DNA from: Eledone cirrhosa | Lineage: Eukaryota | Assembly: GCA_964016885.1 (NCBI GenBank) | Contig: OZ024754.1 | Coordinates: 19,096,001 to 19,160,000, forward strand | Direction of reading: 5' to 3' | Length of the DNA stretch: 64,000 nt | Shown here: positions 1 to 11,351 of the stretch, in pieces | Position numbering within the stretch: the first letter of the stretch is position 1 | How the letters are laid out: each line of letters begins with the position of its first letter | Made by a program: the position numbers and the translations under genes | The notes under the pieces: generated by a model | Told to the model about the DNA's origin: nothing | Database searches by the model: none | What the model saw: only the letters and a program-made list of their open reading frames with translations

Positions 1-404
1 TTGTGGTGCTTATTCACGTGACTGCATCAACCAAATTTCACTCATATATGAAAAAACAATCTGCGTCCCCCTCCCACACCCTTTTTTTTAAAGGCAAATA
101 TAATAAGAACTTTGTAACGCGAACTGGCGCGAAATTTATTCTACTTATTCACATGACAGTCATCAACCAACCAAATTACTTTTCTAAAAACCTTTTTTCC
201 ATATAAAACAGAAGTAACATTCGAACACCAACCAGATGCGAGAAAAACCACAAACCCCCCATCTCAATTCTACTTTTGAAAAGCAGAAGAACTGCGAATA
301 TATTTTTAAAAAGACTCCAGCTGCATTTTCGATTTCATCTTTTTACCTTATACTTTCACTCGTGTAGGACATCTCGTTTTTTTTTCATTTTGTAAAAGGA
401 CCTA

Positions 405-412
<8 letters not shown>
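1..412 (+). mobile_element. 3' pLTR fragment of the Neptune-like PLE family
   Basis: Collinear with 55265-55743 (CACGTGAC, ACTCATATATGAAAAAACAA, TTTTGAAAAGCAGAAGAACTGCGAA, CACTCGTGTAGGACA). HHR 3' half is deleted. Ends in (TA)n. Confidence 0.8.
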
Positions 413-466
<54 letters not shown>

Positions 467-508
467 GCCGAGCTGAAGATCCGCGAAGGTGAAACAATTG
501 TTCTCGGT
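467..508 (+). ncRNA. Type I hammerhead ribozyme
   Basis: gccgag-CTGAAGA-tCCgcgaaGGt-GAAA-CAATTG-TT-ctcggt. Stem I 6 bp, palindromic helix III ACAATTGT, GUU site. Confidence 0.85.
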
Positions 509-615
509 ATGGTGAACTAACTGTTGTGTAACCACTTCTACCTAGCTCGTCCCTTGGACTGAGTGCTCTACCACTACGGATATTACCTTCCAGTGTTCCA
601 CCACTATATATATAT

Positions 616-3022
616 AGTAACAATAATAAATTTGAAGACTAAAATCCAAAGAGGGCTCGATAAGGATAAATATATATCAAATATATAAGAAGTGTAGAGC
701 AAATATTTATTAAAATAACAGATTAAAGTTTAAGCAAAGAATCGCTGCTTTCACCCTTAACGGGATCTTCTGAAACTAACAAAGTCAATCTGTGAACGTA
801 GAAGTGAATATTTCTAAAAACGTTGCAACCGGAGGAAGACAGGAAGACGATACTTTGGTTCGTGGAAACGTTCCCTGGCAAAGAACGGGAAAAAACGAAT
901 ATAATACGTCATTATTTGGAGCGGTGAAAAACACGCAAAGAAAAAACCACGTTTATGGTATAAAAGAAGTCGTAGACTAATATTCTATTAGGTGGTTCAT
1001 AGAGACGTTCTCTGGCAATGAACGGAAAAAACGAAGATAATACGTCATATGTGGAGCGTAGAGAACAATTGCATGCAAAGACAAAACCACGTAAATGGTA
1101 TAACTGAAGTCGTAGACTAAAATTCTAACTAGGAAACCGAATGATTCTCGGCTTCAGAGTTAAGAATAAAGTAAATAAAATACAGAGGTAATTGAAATTA
1201 AATAAATACATACACGCATCCATATACGTACATACACAAGCATACGCGAAAACACTCGCCATAGGTATACAAATACACGCACATATATATATATATATAT
1301 GTGTGTGTGCGTGTATACAAATAATTAAATAAACGTATATAAATAAATAAATACGTATATAACAAGCGCACACTCATACCTACATGTAAATACACATATG
1401 TTCGGAGACATACGTCAACCAAAACACACCCTACATACGTACGAACCCGCATACTCACACAGACGCAAAACTCACGTATACACATAACCAAAAGCATATG
1501 TACCAGAATATATAAAATATACGCCATAACATATACAATCAAATATACGCACGAGAAAGTATACGTACCTTCACAAAACATACAGGTAATATATACTTAC
1601 CTATACAAATAAGTAATGGTATAAACATAACATATACTTAGCTACCACATCAAGACGTAAAATATCTGCGTATAGATCGTACTATCCGTTAGGGTATAAT
1701 GTGGGGCTGTCATACAGGAAAGTTTTGTGCAATTTATGTTTACAAGCCGAAATTGCCTCAGATTCTTTGTTTAAGATGTGGTCTTTGGCGTAGAGTATTT
1801 CCAGGGCCTCAGCGGCGCAGAGGTCACATGGTCTTTTATTTCCGTTATACGAACTAGCCCTAGCTAGGATCTCCCAGTGTAACTTATTTTGGGTGTGGTT
1901 GTCTTTTAGACTCCAGATATAAGCTGAAAGTGACGTCATATTCCTTCTTAAAGGGTAACGAAAAGAATGGGTATGCATGTAAAGACACTGCTTGAATCTA
2001 TTGGCGGTTAACCCTATGTAGGCCCTACGGGACGGGGCGTGGGTGTTTCAACCTTACATTTGTAGACAATGTTACTAGAGAGCATTTCCCGGATAGAGGG
2101 CAGTCAACCCGATTCCTACAATTACAGTTAGTACTAACTACAGGGTTGCACGTGTTCCTACGGCTAGGTAGTTTAGCTAAATTTGAAGCTGTGATGTTAT
2201 GTGCAAGGTTAGGAGTCGTAGAGTAAGAAATTTTAATAGTATTTCTATTAAAAATTTTACTATATTTATGTGTAGGGGGAAAATGCTTCGTAATAAGGGA
2301 GAGAAAGATCTTAGCTAATGGTGTGGCCACCTTTATATTATATGGTGGGTTATACCATATAATGCGGCGGGATCTATTTCTTCTAGGTTTATTCTCGTAC
2401 TCTGTATATGCTACATTATCGACAAATCCACTCCGAGCAAGAGATTCATTGTAATATATGGAATGGTCGTTGAAAATATGCTCGTTAGTAGATAGACGGG
2501 AAAGCCTCAAAGAAACGTTTCTTACCATGTTCTTGGTTATGCTGGCAGGATGGTTAGAATGCTTACTTATGTAATTAAGCGTATCATTCGGCTTTCTATA
2601 CGGGTAGTGCAAGCCATTCGACAAATTGAGGGTAACGTCGAGGTAATTAACAACCGAGAGGTTGAAGCCTTTAAAGAAGGCTGTGAGTTTTTTTCTGAAC
2701 CTGTCGCAAGCACGTGGGCCGCACTTAGTCATGGTCAAAAGACCATCATCACGGTACAAACCACCGCCCACGTAGGCGAATTCGTCTTTGATAGAGAAAA
2801 GAAGAAAAAGGCCGATAAGATCAGTAACCTCCGCAGAATCGCTGGCGCCCATACTCACGTCGAATGGGGTACTATTAGATTTTTTTATCCAAATAGAGTC
2901 GTCGAAATTAATCACAGACTTACGGGCATTGAGGATGACATCAACTTCGAAATCCTTAACCACTGTGAGTGTTTTAGCGAAATTGATAGCTCTAAGGAGA
3001 AGTGGTAAAGTGATGGAGGATA
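616..3022 (-). mobile_element. Naiad-like Penelope element, 5'-truncated and frameshifted
   Basis: RT motifs FDVSMGASDSAEV and GLYRDDGL, WYNPPY, CNCx5CPLSGKC linker, YIGLT nuclease remnant and CDLC..CKH tail (ORFs 2025-2963, 1682-1978). pLTR at 616-1140 carries an HHR. Clade call is inferred from motifs. Confidence 0.9.
727..777 (-). ncRNA. Hammerhead ribozyme, U4A core variant
   Basis: agttt-CAGAAGA-tCCCgttaaGGGt-GAAA-GCAGcgattctTTGC-TT-aaact. Confidence 0.7.
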
Positions 3023-3605
3023 TTTTTTTTCTCTCTCCAAATTTATCTGCACTCGAAATGCGGGCGCAGTACCGACATTTTCTGTGTTTTGGGGTACGCT
3101 TCTGGAATCAGATTTCGCTACCCCTTTTTTAATCGATCGCTGCTCCTGCATCGAACTGAGTAGGGAACTAAGGTAGCGAAATCTGTTCACGCCTTTATCT
3201 CTGGGTGACACATCCTTTTCGGCGTGGACAGGTTCAAGCGTGGGCGATCCCTCGAGGCGGAGGCCAGAAAGCGACAGGTATAAAAAGCCTGTATCATCCT
3301 ATGTCTAACACACAGAGAGATCGGAGCCGTATGCTATAGTATAGCTATGTGAAAGATTCACCACTGCTACAGACCGCCGAGGTCTACAGACAACCACAGA
3401 CCATTACTCTCTCTCTCTCTCCCCTGGTCTCAGACTACATCAGCCTCATGAACCAACAACAAAATAACATCGTCAACCTTCGCGACTCGTGGTAACTTGT
3501 TTGTTGTTCTTTTTGACTGAAGTGAAGTAAAGCAGCACAGTACCTTCGAAATATATATAATAAAACATATATTTTGATTATGTGAATCTCTTCATTTATC
3601 AATAT
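3023..3605 (+). mobile_element. Possible solo-LTR-like fragment
   Basis: TATA-like GGTATAAAAAG near 3277, a CT tract and AATAAA near 3559. No TSD or internal region seen. Confidence 0.3.
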
Positions 3606-3621
3606 TCTGAATAATATTCTG

Positions 3622-3661
<40 letters not shown>

Positions 3662-3784
3662 GTGAGGTTTTTTTTACAAAATGAAAAAAAAAACGAGGTG
3701 TTCTACACGAGTGAAAGTATAAGGAAAAAAGATGAAATCAAAAATGCAACTGAAGTCTTTTTTTTTTTAAATATATTTATTTGG

Positions 3785-3828
3785 TTCCTTTACCGGTTTC
3801 GCAGTTCTTCTGCTTTTCAAAAGTAGAA
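3785..3828 (-). ncRNA. Hammerhead ribozyme, U3-A8 core, in a Neptune pLTR fragment (3655-3850)
   Basis: ctt-TTGAAAA-GCAGaagaaCTGC-GAAA-CCGG-TA-aag. Same family as 55568. Confidence 0.75.
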
Positions 3829-3994
3829 TTGAGATGGAGGGTTTGTGATATCAAACGTATATATTGAGTTAGAAACTTACAATAAAAATAGCCCAAGGAC
3901 AACATTTTCCGAGCCGTGTAATATAATTTAATATAATAAAGAGAGATAAACAGAAATATATACATATGTGTGTGTACCTGTGTTTATCTCTCTT

Positions 3995-4051
<57 letters not shown>

Positions 4052-4098
4052 GGATATATTTATGCGTGTATAAATATACATAATATATATATGTATAC

Positions 4099-4175
<77 letters not shown>

Positions 4176-4489
4176 TATATATATATACAACTATATATTT
4201 ATTCTTGAATAAATGAATGAATATATAACTAAATAAATGTAAGATATATATAAAATGTATAAAAGCTGGAAAACGAAAGCAAAACAATTTGATGTACGTT
4301 GGATTGATTTTTACTGCTCCAGTCTTGGCCAAAAATAGAAAAGACCCTAACGATCAGCAATTACAGACACTCTCTTCATACGTGAACCATGTAAAACAAT
4401 ACAAAGTCAACTATACTATTCAGTGCATATTAAAATCGATAACCGAAAATACGCTGAAAATTATTATTATTATAATTATTATTAGAAGT

Positions 4490-5040
4490 TGATTGGCGAA
4501 TTCGTACGAACGTCGAACACCATGCTTCGCGTCGCGGTATATAGTTACGGTCTTTTTACGTTCTGAGTTCAAATCCCGCCGAGGTTAGCTTTACCTTTCA
4601 TCCTTACGCGGGTCGGTAAAATAAAGTACCAGTTATACCCTGGGATCGATTTATTCGACTTTACCTTCCCTACCGAAAAAAAAAGCTGGCCTTGTGCCTT
4701 TTGCAGCATAGAGTTATGTTCCTTTACGTTCTGAGTTCAAATCCCGCCGGGGTTAACTTTGCTTTTCATCCTTATGAGGTCGATAAAATAAAGCTTCAGT
4801 CACGCACTGGGGTAATTGCTGACATTGTGCCAAAAATAGAAACATTATTATTGGTGAATTGGCAGTATCGGTAGAGGGTTGGACGCCATGCTTTCTAGCA
4901 TAGTTACGTCCCTTTACAGTATGAGTTCAAATCCCGCCGAGTTTAACTTTGCCTTTCATCCTTACGGGGTCGATAAAATAAAGTAATGTACTGGATAATT
5001 GCTGGCCTTGTGCCTAAAGTAGAAACAATTATTATTATTA
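4490..5040 (+). mobile_element. Cluster of three tRNA-derived SINE family-1 copies
   Basis: A-box-like TGGCAGTATCGG, B-box GAGTTCAAATCC, body TTTGCCTTTCATCCTTACGGGGTCGATAAAATAAAGTA, (ATT)n tail. More than 15 copies in the window. Confidence 0.9.
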
Positions 5041-6385
5041 GTATCCTGGTGTAAAATAGGTGTGACGACCAGCTCCATACACTGTAAATATCGACAGTGA
5101 CGTATATAAACTAAAATATAATCGTCAGTCATACGAGTTGCGGAATATCTCGGATTATATTTCAAAGAAACTGGGATTGGCGATGGGTGGGGAAACACTT
5201 TGCGTAATTTTTTGTTTTTCTATTCATCTTTGCTTAAATACTTTTCATTCTGCGGGGAAGCAGCACGAGCACTGCCCTAGGCCCAGAGCCCATCACTCTC
5301 TCCCCTTCTCCTTCCCTTTCTTCTGTGGTCCAAGAGTCTTTGCGTCCCCCCCTTTCCTTTCATTTATGGCATTTATAATCCTTTCCTCTGCTTTCCCATA
5401 CAGCTATATCTGCTCTTCTTTAGCCCATCCCCTTTCCTCCATTAATTAATAAATCTATGAGAGAAATAAAGAAAAATTATTGACATACCAGTAATACACT
5501 GGATAATTGCTGGCCTTGTGCCAAAAGTAGAAACAATTATTGACACTGTTCTTCTGTCCAGCCAAACGCATTGACATTTAAAGTCAATATTGGGTGTGTG
5601 ACAATCTACTCACCTACATAGTACGAGAAGAATGTGACGTCATTGTCTTTCAGATACACACACACGTATACATACTCACATATACATATACGCTTTTATA
5701 GATGTATTTATTAATATATATACACGTGTGCGTTCACACACACCGTGTTTATATGTATATATTTGGCTCTCTACCCTGTTTGTATATATATGTATGTTTT
5801 ATTTTTATTTTTTGTCGTTCTCTTCGTTATCGTCTTTTTTTCCGGGATAGCTATCCTTCTCAGCTACCAACGCACTGTGGTGATATCTACTTTCTTTAAT
5901 GCGTTCGAAACATCAGTGATCTACAGAAGACAGCTGATGAGTGGCAATTGTCACCGTGTTTGTGTTTCTCGCACGTTTTCTAAATAATTGTTTCTACTTT
6001 TTGGCACAAGGCCAGAAATTATTCCAGTGCATTACTGGTACTTTATTTTATCTTATTGGTGCGTAAAGTAAAGAGGTAGGGAGAAAATGTTTACATCATC
6101 ATCGACATGGTAGAGGTATGTGCGAAGAGAGGAACGAAACAGGGGAGTGGTCAGTTGATAGCAAAACAAGTACGTCGTTGGTGTTGATGACCTTGATGGT
6201 ATAGATCAGAGCTTCTCAATCTTTTGGACCCCCTCCCCACGTAATACCCCCAGCGCCCCCGGCCATATTTCCAGAGAGACCTGCCTACAAGCAAATTGTA
6301 AATGATATGTAATAAATAAAATCGTTAATTTATATATAAGAAATAATATATATATTATGTATAAATAAATATATATTTTTTATTT

Positions 6386-6441
<56 letters not shown>

Positions 6442-6510
6442 AATGGAAGACAATGCTTCAAGTGAACTATAACCGCCTCCTATATATATATATGAAAATG
6501 AAAAGTATAG

Positions 6511-6675
<165 letters not shown>

Positions 6676-6964
6676 ATATTATATATATATATATATAATA
6701 TATATATATATATATTTCTATACTTTTCATTTTCATTTATATATATATATATACATATATATATATAAAGTGTTAAACCGATCAAATTTTAGTTTAGAAC
6801 ATTTATTAGCTGACAATTGTTTCTTCCAACCAGTGATGCCTGTAATTGTGCAGAACATCTTTTTAACTCCTGACTCTCCACATGATGCCTTTGACACTAA
6901 TAACAATTATGTACCCTAAATGTTCTAAATGACTAGGATTCTAGTTACACGTTTTCGACATTCC

Positions 6965-7019
6965 TTATGCTCCGATGATTCCAGACTTCCCTCTGGAAGA
7001 AACAATTGTCAGCTAATAA
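6965..7019 (+). ncRNA. Hammerhead ribozyme, U4C core
   Basis: gct-CCGATGA-TTCCAGActtcccTCTGGAA-GAAA-CAATTG-TC-agc. Partial inverted copy at 6768-6828. Confidence 0.75.
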
Positions 7020-7176
7020 ATGTTCTAAACTAAAATTTGATCGTTTTAACACTTTGTATCTCGGCTCTGTAAAACACTTGAAAGTTTGCATTGAGCCTTT
7101 TGTAACCGGCTAGTACTTAGTACTACCCTACATATTTATAGTTATATCAAACATATATAAATATAAATATTCTTAT

Positions 7177-7233
<57 letters not shown>

Positions 7234-7516
7234 TACAAAGATCGGAATTAAGAGTATTCCGCAGTTCACTGTAATAATAATAATAGTATTAGCTCAAAGA
7301 AGAATAGACCATTTCCTTCTGAGCTCAAATGCAAATATATTACACAAAGAGAAGTGTGTTACACAGTGAGATGTGTGTAAAGAATTATTACAAGTGAGTT
7401 TTACCGTTACTGTATAGAGAACAATATCTACAGGTTTAGCAATTAAATAGAAAATAACTAAGTCAGAATCAAATCTCTGAATTAGAGTTTTAAATTACCA
7501 ACCTTATAACTATAGG

Positions 7517-7593
7517 TTTGCTGATACGAATCTCGCTTCGTTTCACCACTGATATGTGTAGTATAACAGGTCACAGGATCCTCAGTCAGCAAA
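7517..7593 (-). ncRNA. Hammerhead ribozyme (left arm of inverted pLTR)
   Basis: Exact reverse complement of 7668-7744. Confidence 0.85.
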
Positions 7594-7667
7594 TGTGGAC
7601 ACTGTTCACGACACATCTAACTTTCTCTCTATCCATGAGGTTAGATGTGTCGTGAACAGTGTCCACA

Positions 7668-7744
7668 TTTGCTGACTGAGGATCCTGTGACCTGTTATAC
7701 TACACATATCAGTGGTGAAACGAAGCGAGATTCGTATCAGCAAA
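7668..7744 (+). ncRNA. Hammerhead ribozyme with full helix III
   Basis: tttgctga-CTGAGGA-tCC...GGt-GAAA-CGAAgcgagaTTCG-TA-tcagcaaa. Stem I 8 bp. Confidence 0.85.
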
Positions 7745-7839
7745 CCTATAGTTATAAGGTTGGTAATTTAAAACTCTAATTCAGAGATTTGATTCTGACT
7801 TAGTTTTTTTCTATATATATATGTATATATATATATATA

Positions 7840-8545
7840 TGAAAAAGTGAGTCCTTCATCAGTGACCCTCCAACCGTCCTCCGCATTTCATCGCTTTAAG
7901 GGCCATATGCCTCAGGTTGGTGCGAACAACGGCTAAAAAAAGTCGTTGGGACACGTAAATAAAGGGGGACGCTAGAGTAACAACAAAAAGGGTTTAAGCA
8001 ACGGAAAGTGAGTAGAAATAGACAAGTCCCAGATCTCTATGAATATAAACTCTGTGAAATCGTGAACAAGAGACGAAAGACCATCGAACCTGGTAGAAAT
8101 GTGAGCAAGGAAAGAATTTCGCCCAAGTTTGACGGGGGGAAAAAAGAGAGAGAGAGAGAGAGAGACAGAGAAAGGAGAGAAGAGGAAGAAGAAGAAGAAG
8201 AAGAAGAAGAAGAAGAAGAAGAAGAAGAAGAAGAAGAAGAAGAAGAAGAAGAAGAAGAAGAAGAAGAAGAAGAAGAAGAAGAAGGTGGTCTGGTCTGCGA
8301 ATTCGGTAAACGCAAGTTTTGTGAAGTCACAGACGAAAGAGAGAGAGAAAAAAAATTCCATACCAGCTCGGTCAAGACTGCGCGAGAAAAGAATTACACA
8401 CAGGTCAAACTTGAAGGAGGAGGAGGAAAGAGGAGGAGGAGAGGTAGTGACAGAGAATGAGTGAGTGAAAGTTGAGGAGAGGGTAACAGACAGAGAGGGA
8501 GACTGCTAGAAGTGGTAAAGATACAAGGAACGAAACAGACAGGCA
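7840..8545 (-). mobile_element. Unclassified repeat, probable pLTR, with internal (GAA)n
   Basis: Homologous in reverse to 60420-61020. Flanked by (TA)n. Confidence 0.6.
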
Positions 8546-8563
8546 GCATGGAATGATATAATA

Positions 8564-8619
<56 letters not shown>

Positions 8620-8799
8620 TATTATATCATTCCCATCGCTCTACCGCCCCTTTAGGCTCCAGTAGCCCCCTGGACCATCTCAACGCCCCCCGGAGGGCAG
8701 TAGCGCCCACTTTGAGAACCTCTGCTATAGATGGTAGAGGTTGCCAGACTGATGATGACTGCACCGAGCTTAATGAGAGATTCACACACACACACACAC

Positions 8800-8869
<70 letters not shown>

Positions 8870-8906
8870 TCTCTCTCTCTCTCTCTCTCCCTTTCACACA
8901 CACACA

Positions 8907-8951
<45 letters not shown>

Positions 8952-9429
8952 TCTCTCTCTCTCCCTTTCACACACACACACACTCCCTCTCTCTCACACA
9001 CACAGACTCTCTCTCTCTTTCTAACACACACACACATTAATCTAGGTGTGACAGACAGTGTTTTTATAACAAACACACATACACACATTAATGTAGCTGT
9101 GTATGACAGTCACAGCGTTTTTATAACACATACACATACACACATTCATTAATGTAGGTGTGACCGAGATAGAAACATATTCACACACACACACTTAACT
9201 CCTTTGAGTGGTAGTTCTAGTCAAGGTCGGTTTTATACAAAAGTGGAAACTGGTAGAGCCCTTCCCTCTCCAGATTGTAACAATTTCTTAGAGAGGGGAG
9301 GGTGGGAGGGGGAGAGAGGGAGAGAGAGAGAGAAAAAGGGAGAGAGAATAAAGTTCGTGGAGACCCGGAACGAATCCAACGAAATATCCGACGTTACAAT
9401 CATTCTACTAATTCACCGCCTTAACATAC

Positions 9430-9788
9430 TTACACATACATACATACATACACACATACATACATATATACATACATACATACATACATATATACATATA
9501 TATATATACATACATACATACAAGCATAAATACATACATACATACAAACATAATGGCTGCCCCCTCGTTATCGGGTATGGCCATTGCACGAGAAAAAAAA
9601 AATATAGTGGTGGAACACTGGAAGGTAATATCCGTAGTGGTAGAGCACTCAATCCAAGGGACGAGTTAGGTAGAAGTGGTTACTCTTCTATATATATATA
9701 TATATATACCACTTATATATATATATATATAATAACAATAATAATAATAATAACAACAATAATAATAACGACAACAATAACAATAATA

Positions 9789-9834
<46 letters not shown>

Positions 9835-10238
9835 GCACACACATAAACATATCTACACACACACACACACGATAGCAACTAACAGCGCTGCGATCGAATG
9901 TGGCTTTTTAACCCAGCCAATGATCTAAAATGTCTTGCACAGAGTCGGCAATCAAAACATTCACTGGGAATAGTCGGCTGTGGTTGGAGTTCGTGTACTT
10001 TTGCATGTCGCTTGAGCCCTCCTGCTGATTTACATTCTCTACCACATGCTTGGCAAGCATGATGAGTAGCATCTCCAACAGCAGGCATACATACATAAAC
10101 ACATACATACATACATACATAAATACATACATACATACATACATACATACATACATAAACACATACATACATACGCACATTCATACATACATATATATGA
10201 TGGCTGCCCCCTCGTTATCGAGTATGGCCATTGCACGA
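9430..10238 (-). mobile_element. RTE-type LINE 3' fragments (C2H2 fingers, 3' stem-loop, (TATG)n tails)
   Basis: CQACGRECKSAGGLKRH and CRLCARHFRSLAGLKSH. Twin 3' ends at 9554-9590 and 10200-10238, each followed by (TGTA)n. Confidence 0.55.
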
Positions 10239-11312
10239 CATAACATTATTAATAATTATCAATTAATTCTATCGTGCAATGCCTGTGCGTGGAGATTCTT
10301 TTAAGTGAGGAAAGACTGTGCACTGAGCCAATCCCACTCTCTGTAACTATAATCCGAAAAGAAGAAAAGATCAACATCATCGGTAACTTCAGAGCCGCAG
10401 GTTTATGTCGGAGTTATCCTGGTTTCCTGAGTTACCTTCTCCTAGAAGAATGCCCTGACAAAAGTTAGGGGTCCTTCACTCCCAGTGGTTTAACCGCGCG
10501 ATCGGGTATCCAGCCCGATTATTTTTATGTCCCCACGCATATACATACATATGTACATGTGTATATACATATTTACACACTTTTGGATGGCCGTTGACTC
10601 CGCTGAGTTCCTCCGCCATTTGCCGGGTCTTGTATTTCATCCCGCAGGGTGTCCAAATATCACCCTCCTCACCAAGCAAGCCTGGTGGGGGTTGCCGGTT
10701 TAGTCGCCAATGACCCGACCATGAGACAGGTTGTACTGGGTTACATGTTACCAGTAGCACTCGAGAGCGACCTGATACAAATAATACATATATACATACA
10801 TACATACATACATACATACATACATACATACATACATACATACATACATACATACACACACATATATAGACACAGACAGACGCACACACACACATATATA
10901 CACATACATACAAACATACATAAACATACTCACACACATACATACAAACATACACATGAAATTAAGAGAAAGAGAAACGCACGCATACATATATACATAC
11001 ATACAAACATACAAAAGATCGAAGCTGCCATCGGTAAATCAATGACTAGACTATCCAGAAAAATCAGGAAGCCAATATGAAATGTAATGATTAAGGTTGA
11101 TTGATGTATAAAAATAAAAACACACACACACACACACACACACAAAACAAAAAACTGAACAAAATACGGTAAATTATTCAATCTGCTGGGAATTCGATTA
11201 GAATAGGTTGATTATTTTATAGAAATATTGAAGAGATAAAAGAAATGAACGACCAGTGGGATCGGTGTCTTTCATGAAGAAGGACTTTAGAAAAGATACC
11301 ACACTATGTTGG

Positions 11313-11348
<36 letters not shown>

Positions 11349-11351
<3 letters not shown>

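Noticed and set aside
5907-5955. CTGATGA followed by hairpin GTGGC-AATT-GTCAC
   Set aside because: No GAAA after helix II and no stem I in any permutation; at best a broken remnant.
8008-8460. Poly-Glu/Lys ORFs (also 11472-11900)
   Set aside because: (GAA)n microsatellites inside repeats.
9879-10184. Host C2H2 zinc-finger gene exon
   Set aside because: Finger type and adjacent stem-loop/(TATG)n tails fit an RTE LINE 3' end.
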